NCBI GenBank assembly: GCA_044892505.1
Contig: CM097882.1
Coordinates: forward strand, 495,876,001 to 495,940,000
Source of the DNA: Schmidtea nova
Lineage: Eukaryota
Length of the DNA: 64,000 nt
Reading direction: 5' to 3'
Below, one piece after another: positions 34,566-47,469 of the stretch; the first letter of the stretch is position 1, and each line of letters starts with the position of its first letter. Both the position numbers and the translations under genes were made by a program. The notes under the pieces are model-generated. The model saw only the letters and a program-made list of their open reading frames with translations, had not been told where the DNA came from and searched no databases.

Positions 34566-35500
34566 TTTGAATCGAACAATAATATTTTATCTTGTAGATA
34601 ATGTTGTATTTATTACCTTATTTTGTAGTTTATGTTTTTTTGTTGATGACATTAAAGGTTTTTCTTTTGTGTTTGAAATGTTTATTTGTTTGAATGCGTG
34701 AAGAGAATAAATTGATAAAAAACTGACACTCATTTTTGTGAAGAGAATCAATCTGGGGTTCAGTAGTAAATTTAATTCGATATAACTTATGATTTTTTTT
34801 TGAAAGCAAATAATGCATACAAGGGACAAAATGGGCATTAAACCTTCTATCGGTAGCCCTTGGACCCAGGAGATATTCGGTCAATCATAGTTTCGTATTG
34901 ACGACGCTCACTGATTGCGAATACCCACCCATTTGTTGCATTACCAACGTTACATTGTGACGGACAACAAGATAGCTAATCTAATGTTTTATGTGTTGAG
35001 TTGTTGATGTGAGCCATAGCAACGTCAAGGTCATATTGACGATCAACAACCCACCACATGTATGGTAACTATTCATATGTGATTTAATTAAAACAACTAG
35101 GTTAATATATTATTTAAACAAGCATATTTATGTTAATTTACCTGTAATTTAATCTGTGACAAAAACAAAGATGGATTAATATATAGAATATAATTATTGT
35201 ATAAATGATTACTTAATTTTCTTTAAACAATGATTTTTTATAATAAAGAATAATTCTAATAAGATAATTTTTTATAATATAAAATCCAATAAAAATCAAA
35301 TTTATTTTTATTGATCCATGACCGATAGCAACTAAGAAATAATATATAAGCTGTTTACTTTTTCAGTGGAATACCCCAAAAATTGGGTAAGTTCTGATCA
35401 TAAGTTCTGATGCACTGGTAGCAGTTTAAATAGAATTGGCCCACGACAGCTATTCACTACGAATTTAATTCACGACACTTGTATATAACTTTAAAGTTAT
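34561..35500 (+). repeat. LTR-like region downstream of orphan ORF with conserved module
   Basis: Module at 34821-34913; TATATAA at about 35345 followed by TCAGT at about 35365, with spacing similar to 8651-9600 and 16630-17579. Boundaries are approximate. Confidence 0.45.
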
Positions 35501-35512
35501 ATTAGATTTTAG

Positions 35513-35550
<38 letters not shown>

Positions 35551-36559
35551 CACTATTTTTTATTAAACCTAAAAAATAGATATTTTTGAATCTAAGTACT
35601 CGAAACTTCTCTTTAAACTGATTTTTTTCTTTTTTGTGGTTGTCAATGTTGTGAAATGAATTAATTAATTATTTTGTATTTTTATGTTAAAGTCCAAAGG
35701 ATATTTTAACATTATTTCTCTCTCCCAACTGTAATTAAGAAAAATAAGAATATAGTTTAGTGTAAAGTAAATGTAATTAAATTGTTAGAATTAATCGTGT
35801 TATAGTATCAAATTAAGTCTGAATGGCATTCTTGACAACGAGGAAGGAAATAAATATTATGACTGCCGTATTGGTGAATTCCACATATATTGTGATACAG
35901 TTGTTACTATAATATAATCCTATAATACTATAATATAATCCTTTTTGACATCGAATAAAAATTTGAATTTTAATATATTTAATCTTATTTAAGGAGGGAG
36001 ATTTGTTGAGGGGAGATGATTTTGAAAATCAATATTTTTCGGAGGAGAGAAAGTAGAAAAATTTAAAAAATAAAATTAGAAGCATAATTTTTCTTTTTAT
36101 TTCATTCCTTTCGCGACGAAGCAAATTGAGTAATGAAAATAACATATTGACGTGCCAAAAGTAAGAAAACCTATATATTGAAATGGGTTTTCTCACTGTT
36201 GTATAATAATAAAAAAACTGTGAAGATATAAAAATAGTTGATTATTATAAATCTTAAGGGAAATTTTAAGTGTAATGGGAAAAGTTGAAAAGTTTATATA
36301 AGAAAAAAGTGAAAATGTAAAAAATTTTACAATAGACATGAAAGGTTTATTTTATAATATTTTACTGAATTAGTATGTATAAAAGTTGAATCACAGCTCT
36401 GTTTGATAATATTGAAATTATAGTCTCTGAAAATTTGTTTGAGTTCTTCAGACTGATAATATATATTATTTGTATATAAATAAATCTTTATTTGGAAATT
36501 TAATTATTATGAATTCAAAAATAACAGTTTTTTAATTGACATGATGACTGCCCTAAAAG

Positions 36560-37300
36560 ACCTACCTATTGTCAGGTTTAATCTTTAAAGGTTACAGTTA
36601 CTCCGCGAGTCCCTTTGATAAACAATTTGAATCCAACAAATAACAATGTTTATTTCGTCTATAAAACAAATCACAAAACCAATCTTTAATGACAATTAAT
36701 AAATATGGGTGAGTTTACCAATGGTGAACTACCAGATGATGCTTTAGGAAAAAACAATTACTCTTCTTTATAATTATTATTTTAAAAACACGTTATGGCT
36801 TCGTTTCTTTCTTGAATCTTTATTCTCTTTCTGACTTCGGTCTCTGTCTGTTATTCTCGAACTCTAATTTTATTGCAACTCCAATTTTTCTCGCTGTTGT
36901 TGTGTTTGGTCTCATTTTGTAGTGTTTTACACCGTATCTAATTATTCACTAAATCCAGACTAAATAGGGTTTTATCGACTACCCACTATGATTCCCGAGA
37001 ACTGTAATTATTGAACAAGAATGTTTAAAATATACTAATTATCCTTAATTTGGTAGATCGCTACTATACTGTTACTATCGGCAATCTCATTTCCTTTAGG
37101 GGACTTTCGTTGATTTTCTTGCATAATTAATAAAATAAAATAATTTATTTTTATTTTTAAATACCTTTATCTTGGGAGCCTCATCAAATTTTAATTGTTA
37201 TATTCATCTTTAACTTTTCATTTGCTACCTGCTCATATCTTTTCCCCCACAAGATATTGATTTTCACTTTAAATTTTTAATTTTTAATTAGTTTTTGTCT
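36560..37300 (-). repeat. Degenerate LTR-like repeat
   Basis: The minus strand has a purine-rich tract (AGAATAACAGACAGAG...AAAGAGAATAAAG) similar to the 22.8-27 kb LTR family. Confidence 0.3.
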
Positions 37301-37407
37301 CAATTTAAATTTTTTATGCTTTGTATTAAATTTTACATTTTTATGTAACTTCAACGCAACTCCCACACTGAATAAAATTCGCCCTCGAATCTATCTTTAA
37401 TAATAAT

Positions 37408-37438
<31 letters not shown>

Positions 37439-37568
37439 CGTTGTATTTATAATCCTCAATTATCAAATTGACGAAATTTCACACATTATCTATATTTATT
37501 TATTTCGACATCGGAAATACACAGCAACGATAATTAAATAGCCCTTACAATATAGTTGAATGAATATA

Positions 37569-39082
37569 ACGGATAACTTCAAATAGTGTTCCGTATAGTA
37601 TTAAATAGTGTTACCAAAAATATTTTAAAATGATAGGGTCTCATAAAATAGGGACATTATTTGGATTTTATGAATTTTTAATAAAATATTGCATAAAACA
37701 ACACTCTTTATAAATTTATTCGTATTATTTATATTTATTTATATTAAATTTATTCTTCGAAATCATCAATTGTTTCAATTACTAGATCAGATAATTTCCT
37801 TTGTAAATATCTTTCTTTAAAAAATGTTCCGTACACATCATTCTTTGCTATATGCCATTCACTAATATTAGAGGAAAATCCAGCCTCATTAATAGAATTT
37901 ATTATATTTTCAGATGATACAGCATTCCATGAATTTCTAATCCAAGAATTGACTTGGAATGATGACGCTTAGGATTTCCATTTTAATTGAATTCTATTTC
38001 AAAGAAAACCTTTCGAGAATTAATCCGCGACTATACAAAATCTTTGAACTCCCTAACACCTGAAGATATGATGTTAAACCACCTGGAATAACTATCATTA
38101 AAATATTTCTTTTTTGGTAATGTTCTTTAACCACCTTTGAAAAATGTGCCCTGCAAGAAATCCCAAATGATGCATTTTCCTGGATTTATATCAAATCTTG
38201 GAAACATTAAATCAATCCAATTCATTATGGTATCTTGAGTTATCCAAGCTCTGCTTTGAGTTGTTAATATTTAATTTTGTTTACAATTGACTTCTGGTCT
38301 TTCCATTTATGAATAATTAAAAGCGTGGCTTTTTCCCCATTTGCCCAAACAGAAATGGTAGCCTTCACTCGCATGTTGATAACTGTTGATAACATGACGA
38401 CATGCCGCCTTCTTTTCATATCAACGGTTTGAGTTTATTAATGTCATTATTTGCTGAAGATACACCGTATATGAAATAGCTCTGCCAACCAAAACATCAT
38501 CAAATAGTGTTGTAAGATTGGTTGTTCTTCTCAAAGACAAATTGTGTCTCTTCATAAAGCCATCAATCTATCGATCACTTTTTTTTCTTCAGCTAAAGGG
38601 ATTTCACTGTCTGAAATAAATGTCCTTGTGACATTTAACTTCACCAGTCGTAGTTCCAAAAATTTCTGATAACATCTTTTCCAATTTGCCCAGGGATGTT
38701 TTCAGATCTTCTTTAACTCGTTTCATAAGATTTTACTGGTTTGGATTGTCTTTTTAATCTATACCATTTACTAAAAATTGAATGGCGATATTCACAACGA
38801 TTTCCTCCAAAATGTTTCGCTGCTTTGAATGAACTATTTCCGTACATCATATATGTAATAACTTTCTTTTTGAACCCAATTGTAAATGTTTACATTGTCA
38901 TAATTAAGACTTCTAAAACAAAAAATTTGATTTGTTATTTAACTCATATTTTAAATTAATTTATTGAAATGTATTGTTAAATCACTATTGATCATTAAAA
39001 ATTAGTGATACTGTTAGCGTCAACCATTTTGTTTAAAATGCGGATACTATTCGGAGTGAGGACACTATTTGGAGTTATCCGT
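37569..39082 (-). mobile_element. pogo-family DNA transposon with decayed transposase
   Basis: TIR ACGGATAACT(T/C)CAAATAGTGT with TA flanks. Minus-strand remnants IDGFMKRHNLSLRRTTNLTTL, VWANGEKA.LLIIHK, AWITQDTIMNWIDLMFP, GKCIIWD, IVIPGGLTSYLQ. Confidence 0.88.
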
Positions 39083-39174
39083 TATTATATACTACGCACT
39101 GCACACATTATATGAATTTTTAATAAAATATTGCATAAAACAGCACCATTCTCTTAATAAATTTATATATGAAA

Positions 39175-39546
39175 TTATATTATTTTATAAAAATGAATTT
39201 TCGTTTTAGCTTCCCCGACAATCCTTTTCAAAATGTACACACCATCATAATTAGTTGCATATACCACCTGGCCGCATTTACTAGTAATATTCTTTTTCAA
39301 AAATCGCATACTGTCCTTTAGTAAAGTTGACATTAAAACTGTTGTAGTCTCTTTTGTTAATACTGGAATTAATTTAATTGAGTCCTTTCTTTTGAACTTC
39401 ACGTTTAAGTTATTAGGTATTTCTCTAAATTTATTTCCACTCAGCTTTTCAAAATTCATTGTTTTTAAGTTCGAAAAATTGCATATATTTGTCTTGGCAT
39501 CATATACAAGAATTGATTCTCCAGTTTGGCAGCTGTTCTGTTTCAT
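39175..39546 (-). CDS. Unassigned 123-aa open frame (possible host exon)
   Basis: Open frame with ordinary protein composition in very AT-rich DNA; no motif recognised. Confidence 0.25.
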   Translation of the reverse strand: MKQNSCQTGESILVYDAKTNICNFSNLKTMNFEKLSGNKFREIPNNLNVKFKRKDSIKLIPVLTKETTTVLMSTLLKDSMRFLKKNITSKCGQVVYATNYDGVYILKRIVGEAKTKIHFYKII

Positions 39547-41040
39547 ATTGCTTCTTTCAGATATGACGACAATTCAGATATAATGCCAATTCACATAATT
39601 ATATTATTAGGCTTTTTTGAAAAACTTATCAATTTAAACAATTATAATATTAACAAAAAAATTTATTTTTACTCTAAAATTCAAAACCTGAACATTTGTT
39701 AATATGAATGGGGATGCTAGCTTTAACGTAAAAAGAACTTTGATTATATTTTATTGATATAGTTTTATTTATATTTATATTTAATTTAAAATAAATGCAA
39801 TTTCTAAATGTATTCAATTTGAAGACAAATAACCAAAAAAATAATTTTATGATCGTTTATAGTAGTGTTGGTAAAGCTCGAGCTCACGGGCTCCTTTTGC
39901 ATACGAGTTTTAACTGTTTGGTCGCCAAAATTGTTAAAAACGAATTTTTTTTCGTTATTATTAAACAGTATTGTAAATTTTATTCCATTAACAATGTAAG
40001 GTGTTTTAGCTGAGAATTAAATATTTTGTTAAAATAGTAAAAAGTAAATTGAAATATTAAAAAATTTTATTGTTAAATTATTAAAATCATAAATGAATTT
40101 TTATTATTAAGTAATTTTTAAATATTTAAATTTTAGAGTTTTGATTTTTAACTATGTAATTTCATAATACTAAGTAATAAATTTAAACATTTATCTTATA
40201 ATTTTAAAATTAAAATTAAATTGCAGTTTAAAATTAATAAATTATTTTGAAAATTTATTTGAAAAAATTTTGGATTCAAAGCTGAAAATTCGTTATAAAG
40301 ATTGTTTAAAAATTCAACAATATTGTGATATTAATAAAATTCTGGAATAATAAATTTTTTAAATTGTCATCAAATGAATTCAATCTAGAAGATGTTCTAG
40401 TAAGATCTAACAAAAACTATACGCATTTCTTATAAAATGTTACGGACAAGAATACTTTTAAAATAATATTGAGAAAAAAATCAAGTTATTTAATTATAAT
40501 TATAATTCAACAATTTATTCATATATTATTAAAATATTTTTAGGATTTTTATATTCAGTTTTAATGTTAACTTAGTCTTTTAAAAAAATATATTGTGCTT
40601 ATGCTGCTGTCACTTAAATGTTGTCGTTTCTCGGATACAATATTGGACAAAATTGATTATACTCCTTTGCTTTTAGTCGAGGTCAGTTGAATAAATTTAA
40701 AATGTTCTAAAATTATTTGTAATAATTCCATATATATTTATCGATTAATTGACTTATTTTCTGTCAGCAATTGGCATATATTTCATCGTCATGTGTATAC
40801 TGATTTTAATTCTTTCAGTCAGAAATATTTTCGGAATTTTGTATATAAATTTCTTGAGCATCTTTTAAATCTGATTTGACTACTGATTTTACTGCGAAGT
40901 CTTGATATTTTAAAAGATTTATTTACGGAATTTGATTTTAATATTGAAGTATAGTTGGGAAAAGGATAGTGACATGCATTCTTTATTTCGACGATGTTCC
41001 AAACGAGTCTTGAATTGTCTGAAAATAAAAATTTCATATA

Positions 41041-41155
41041 ATGATTATATTTATTTATGAAATGATTATATTTATGAAATGATTATATATATTTATGAAA
41101 TGATTATATAAATTTATGAAATGATTATATAAATTTATGAAATGATTATATATAT
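41041..41155. repeat. About 21-bp AT-rich minisatellite
   Basis: TTTATGAAATGATTATATA(A) repeated about five times. Confidence 0.85.
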
Positions 41156-41221
41156 ATATTATCATAATTATCTTTTTTCACCTTTGATCTTTTTTTATTA
41201 TTATTATCAATAATTCTCATA

Positions 41222-41356
41222 ATGACTATAGATCAAAATTTTTTTTATAAACAATAACACAATATTTCGGCACAGCCTTTATCAATACACACTTGATAAA
41301 GGCTGTGCCGAAATATTGTGTTATTGTTTATAAAAAAAATTTTGATCTATAGTCAT
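41222..41356. repeat. Perfect 64-bp inverted repeat with 7-nt loop abutting an N gap
   Basis: 41222-41285 is the exact reverse complement of 41293-41356. The sequence is also homologous to 20817-20952. Confidence 0.95.
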
Positions 41357-41759
41357 NNNNNNNNNNNNNNNNNNNNNNNNNNNNNNNNNNNNNNNNNNNN
41401 NNNNNNNNNNNNNNNNNNNNNNNNNNNNNNNNNNNNNNNNNNNNNNNNNNNNNNNNNNNNNNNNNNNNNNNNNNNNNNNNNNNNNNNNNNNNNNNNNNNN
41501 NNNNNNNNNNNNNNNNNNNNNNNNNNNNNNNNNNNNNNNNNNNNNNNNNNNNNNNNNNNNNNNNNNNNNNNNNNNNATTATATATATTTATGAAATACAC
41601 TGTAATAAAATTCTTGAATTTCAAATTTATAAATATTTAAATTCAAAAGACATAAATTCAACACATACTGATAAGATATAAATACTAAAATTTATTAATT
41701 AATTCATCATTCTCAATACCCATTTAAGGTTAATTTGCAAAACAATTAACAGATGGGTT

Positions 41760-42560
41760 AGGGTACATTGTCGAGTCCACTTGTTGTGGTAGCAGGGTTT
41801 TCAATTGTCCTAGGATACGAACTTCTCGCCACGGGCCGCAGCACCTCTCTCCATGTCTAAGTCATTTATAATAGTCGTTCCCGATGATTTACTCTATAAT
41901 CAATTATTTTCAGGGTTTTCCTAATCTTTCGCTGTTATTTTTTAACCATTTTGGTCATGTTAGACCAACAATTACAATAATTTTAAATTACTATATTTAG
42001 TACTATATACTTTAAAAAAATTTTTATTTGACTAAATAACTATTTTTAGTTATCTAATTAATTTATTTGAGGCCTTTCCACAAATAATATTTGTAATAAG
42101 TTGTTAACTAAATATTAAGGTATTATTGTGATGTGATTAGTATGGGAGAACTGTGTAGAGCCCAGTCAAATCTCCTGTATAAAAGGGTATCGGGACAGCT
42201 GGAGTGCGTGTTGTTTTTGGGTTATGCATGCGGGTGTGTGTTATCAAAACAATATATCAAATAATGATAAAATAAAAGTATAAAACAATAACAAATTTTT
42301 TTAGAGATTACAAAACAGTAATAACAAGTTTACTCACAAATTCAATATTCTTTTCTTGTTTCTTTTTAATTTTAATATTTTCAAATTAATTTGTTTTATT
42401 TCCGATCGTTCCTTTATTTTTCTTTTTTAAATTCGTTAGTTATCTTATTTTCCTTAGCAATTTACTTTTCAATTGTTTAATTTTAATATTTTATTGATTT
42501 TTTTTCAAAATTATTATTATTATTTTCATAATAACTTTGATAAATACCAACGAGCGCGAT
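41760..42560 (+). repeat. Degenerate LTR-like repeat
   Basis: TTCTCGCCAC block shared with 13349 and 22058; CTGTATAAAAGG at about 42175; AATAAAA downstream. Boundaries are uncertain. Confidence 0.3.
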
Positions 42561-44461
42561 AACAAATAAGTTTTTAAAAATAATAAGAATAAGAATACAG
42601 ACTTAACGATATTTAAAGAGAATAATTCCATGTTAAAAATTCTGTATTACTACATATTTTTTTCCTCCAGTACCGGATATTTGTTTCGTTGATTTTGTTG
42701 TCGATGTGCATGATTCAGTCCTTGTCTTCATTGTGATCAGATTTCTACCGTTTCTGTTCTCAGTTATCATACTTTGCATTTATAGGATGTTTTACATTTC
42801 CGTTGCGCCGATAGAAGATGTGTGTGATTTGTGTGTAACTTTCTTTTGTGTTGGAATTCGATCAATCGGCCTAACGGATTCACCCGTTTCTAAAAATGCA
42901 TTAATGCATTGGTATTAGGTTTTACTTTCGAACTCAAATAAATGACTCATTTGAACGGCTAAGTAAATAGATTTATTAATTATCATTAGTATAACAGATT
43001 ATTCTCGACTGTCAAATATATCAGTATTTTTAATAAAAAATAATTATCACTTTTTCGAACGCATCAACTGTTTAAAAATCAGTTTGAAAAATGTACCCTT
43101 GATAAACTTAGTCAATTCTGAAAACTTTGATATCGATTTATTGTGTGATTTTTTATAAAGAAATAAACGTTACTATATGTTGGATTGTGTATTTTTGATA
43201 AAGGAACGCGCGGAATCAGTAAAGTCAAATCATACCAATACTAGTTAATAAGCCCAAAATAATTAATTACAACTTTAATTATTTTTATTAAATCAATTTA
43301 TTATAAGTTTTTCAAGTAATAACATAATTTAAAATACATTTAAATCGAGTTGCGACTTTAATTTGCGAAAATATGATATAAAACATTTTCTAATTAACTA
43401 ATTGTATAAAAATTGATCTTTCCAATTGTCCCGAGGTAAAATAAAATTCATAAAAATATTTTAGAGACTTCGTCAGTATAATATGGATCACACTTTTTAA
43501 GGTCATTGCATTTTCACGTTTTTGCTGAAAATTCTATCTATTGCTATTTTGAATTTTATTTCAGATATTAAATATTTGAATTCATAACGTTTAGCGAAAT
43601 ATTTTTTTTTGAATTATAGATATTATTTGTATTACTGCCATTATCCAGTTACGATCTATGAAAATTTTTATTTCAGTATAAATGTCTTATTAATTATAAC
43701 TTAAACATAAAATAATCATGAGGAAAAAATGTTGTTAATATTCAAATTGTAAAATAAATTGCTTCACGATAAATTAATTTAAAAACAGAAAATTTTTATT
43801 ATCGAAACAAAGTCTAGGCTATTTATTTAAAGTTTTATGTCAATGAATTCTCAATATAAATTGAGCAATTCCAATACACTGAAAAATAATATCAAACTAA
43901 TAAATCTCAATATATAGAAGAGTAAATAAACATTGTAATACATGTGGAGAATTTCAATACAAGAAAATAAATATCGTGTAAAAGAATAAAAAAAATGCAT
44001 TTTTTTTAAAATTATTTTTATAATTTCAGTTCTTTATAAAAAAGTAAGGACCTAGATCGCAATTTCAAGGAGAGTAGCTCGAAATTTGAAATATTTAATT
44101 ATATATTAATATTATTAAATAAATTTAAAATGATTATCTCTGTGCTCTATCGTGTCTTAGTGTCTTAGATTAATTAAAAAAAATGGTCGAGTGATTTAAT
44201 TTATCTTTATTTTTATTGTATTTTTATGACTTTTCTAAGTTTATTTTTTGAAATATTTATTTTTTTTTTGATTTTTAAGGAATTTTTAAAAAAATCAATT
44301 CATCGAGCTATACAAACTTTTGTATGTCTTTTGCTTCTGTCAAACTAATTTAAAGTATTTTGTTTTGGCTTAACACTTAGTATCAATTGTTACATTTTTA
44401 TCTCTCAATTTTTGTGTTATAGATACATTAAAAAATACTGTACAAAACAGATATTTTCAGC

Positions 44462-44464
<3 letters not shown>

Positions 44465-44540
<76 letters not shown>
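44465..44540. repeat. (TA)n microsatellite
   Basis: About 38 TA units. Confidence 0.98.
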
Positions 44541-44543
<3 letters not shown>

Positions 44544-44544
44544 T

Positions 44545-45376
44545 CCATTTTGTCTAATAACTTCTTCATAGTGCTTAAGTTCATTTGTTAATTTCTCTGG
44601 GTTAAACTGAGCTTTCAAATCTTGAAGACACTGCTCAGTTTTATTGTTATTTTCAAAAAAATTTGCCTCTTCGAAAGAATTTGAAGTTCATAAAGATGCA
44701 TCGATCTTCAACATTCATATCAAGGGAATAAGCTGGTTGACACAATATCTTAATTCCTTTATGGTTTAAAAATTTTCTAGTGACAATATCTTCATACGGA
44801 GTATCATTATCATGCATACACACATTTGAATGTCTTCGTACACTAACATAACGTTGAAGCTCAAACTAGCACCCACCAATAAAGTTTGACGCAAAAATCA
44901 TATCAACCTTCTAATGGGAACTTGCTAGTCTTGCCAAACGCTGTCGTTAATTAAGGAACCATGAAAGGTGTTGGCTACGAATATATTTTTCTTGGCATTC
45001 AGATGTTGACAGGATTCTAAAAGTATACGATATCGTTCAATTCCTGCTCCCTTCTGCTCGTCAGTCAGGTAATAAGGAACCAATTTTCCAAAGACAGGCT
45101 TGAGTTTCAATTCATTTTTCAATACTCCTCTTTATAAATACAGTTATGGATTCCAAACTAAGCTGCTTATTCTTCGCAATTAGAGTAACGAGAATTAAAA
45201 TGTCACTTACATATATTTATGGCGTTATGTCAGATCCTTCATTCTTGCCACCATATTCTACACACCGTGGCTTATCTCAGTTGAATACTGTCTTACTCTT
45301 GCCAGAGGCAATGTTTTCATTAAGCAAGGCATTTTTTAAATATCTGTGAATAACTGCTGCTGAAAAGTCGTTCTTT
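44545..45376 (-). pseudogene. mariner (DD34D-type) transposase remnant
   Basis: ILKNELKLKPVFGKLVPYYLTDEQK (W/LVPHEL motif); HDNDTPYEDIVTRKFL..KGIKILCQPAYSLDMNVED (HDNA.PH, HPPYSPDLAP.D). Confidence 0.75.
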
Positions 45377-46705
45377 GTCATGGCCATGTTAAAAAATTAA
45401 CGTTTTTAACAGATATCGAAGTATGTATGCGTATATCTGTGATCTTAAATTGAGTTGGTATAAAAAAAGCAAGATTAACAAATTTTCATTATTTAAAAAA
45501 ACTATAGACCAATATTCTTTTAAAGTTACGAATTTTAGACAAAGCCTTTTTTTGAAAATAATTTTTAAAGATAAAGAAAATTCCTGGAATATAAATGAAA
45601 AGATCAATGGTGATAATAAGAGATGTTAATGATAAGATCAACAAAATTCAATAGTTTCTAATTATAATAACAGTTTTTAATAATAGTGTTTAATAATGAT
45701 AAATAAACAAATGCTAAATTTAAATAATTATTCCTACCAGTCTACTGTGCTAAAACGGAAATCTTTTTGGGACACCCTATATCAATATTACTTAAACTTT
45801 ATATAATTATTAGACCTGAAATTTTAATACAATGAGTGTTGAATTATGGTCAAAGGATTATAGATAAGTATTTGGAAACAAAGTTAATTCCAGTAGAGTT
45901 GAATTTTTCATTACCTTTGTTATTTGTGATAACTAAAATATTACCCATTCGAAGAAACTTTTCAAAATCATACTCGACATTAAATTCTAGCCAGGAGTGA
46001 TTATATCACAATTTCCATATCTTTATATGTTACGAAAATTTCCAATTATTTCTGGAAATAGAACAAGTTCCAGATAATAAATTTTAATATCAATATTAAT
46101 ATTTCCAAACAAAAAAATTTCATCTATCGAAAATTTTCAAAAAAGATGTTATAAGATGGGTGAGTAATAAAAATTTTAAAGCTAAGATACTGCATGATAG
46201 GGTACAACAAATGCAGAATGAATATAAACATACAAATCAAGGATTGAGTCGAGACTTCAAAGATGATTTTAAGAATTCATCAACAATCCGATTTATTTGA
46301 CAATTATATTCATTGTTTGGTCAATTTATTGACATTGAAAATTTGTTTTGACAATTTATTCTTGTGATGTCATTTTCATAATTTTTGGATTTTATTTTTG
46401 TGATGTCTTTGTAATGACAATTTATTAAATTATTATTTATAATAACAATTTATTTTATTTTATGTGATTATTTGTAATAACAATTTATCATTTTATTCTA
46501 TTGATTTTTATTTTTATGTGTTAAACATGGCAACGATTTAATTAATGAAAAAAGCACAATGGTATCCAGGGTCTGGCCCCTCATATGTATTTATAAAATA
46601 TTGATAATTAATTAAACCCTCTAGTGGCTATTTAATTATTTTATAGATATTTATCTTTATTTTTTGTTATTATTCAGTACCGAAAGCTGTTTTCGAAATT
46701 TCAGT

Positions 46706-46809
46706 TGACGCAAAGCGTCATCAAAATTAAAAATAATCTCTTTAAGAGTAATTTATAATACAATCGACGCAAATCGTCGCTAAAATTAAAAATAAGCTCT
46801 TTTAAGAGC
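46706..46809. repeat. Two tandem ~59-bp units, each with two short hairpins
   Basis: TGACGCAAAGCGTCA / CGACGCAAATCGTCG, each followed by AAAATTAAAAATAA and CTCTT(T)TAAGAG. Confidence 0.8.
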
Positions 46810-47469
46810 AAAATAATAATAATAATATTTATAATAATAAACATAAATGAATATATATTTTTAAATATCAGTTTGAAAGTGTTGAATTGGGTTTTTATTT
46901 TTTAAAACATCTGATTTAAATTTGTTTCAGTAATTTCATCACAAATTCGGGTAATCAACATAATAAATTGATATTTGATTAATAACATGTAAATTCACAA
47001 AAATTCACAGCAACAATATTTCTGATTTAACTTACCTCTATCATCAATCCTCCACAGATATAAACAAAATCATATTTCACGAACAATAATAGTAATAAAA
47101 ATATACATTAATGATAACATAAATATAATAATAACAAACATTAATATTAATAATTATGAATATCGAAGAAAAAATTATAATTAATTAAAATCTTCTCATT
47201 TTTTATTTTATCACATCAGATAATGGTCGCTTCGGTTAAAAATTCCCATAAATTAAATATACAAATTAAAACAAAAAATCAAATTTTTTAAAACAATTAA
47301 TTTAATATTAAATACAATTTTAAAAAAATTTAAATAATGTCATTTGCCATTTTTACTAACAAATTGATATCATCTCTATTTTAGACAAAATTTCCCATTA
47401 ATTTCTAATTTATATCAATTATTTTATTTTAAATTATTAACTTTTATTTAGTCATAAATTTCCCTTACG

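Noticed and set aside
34085-34579. 164-aa antisense ORF and 84-aa alternative-frame ORF over ORF copy B
   Set aside because: Expected by-products of a GC-rich coding sequence; no equivalent long antisense ORF over copy A.
9361-34913. Reading the conserved module as a hammerhead ribozyme (CAGRTGAG...CGAAAC on the antisense strand)
   Set aside because: The second base is A, not U, in the best copies; GAAAC is present in only one copy; stems II and III cannot be built consistently.
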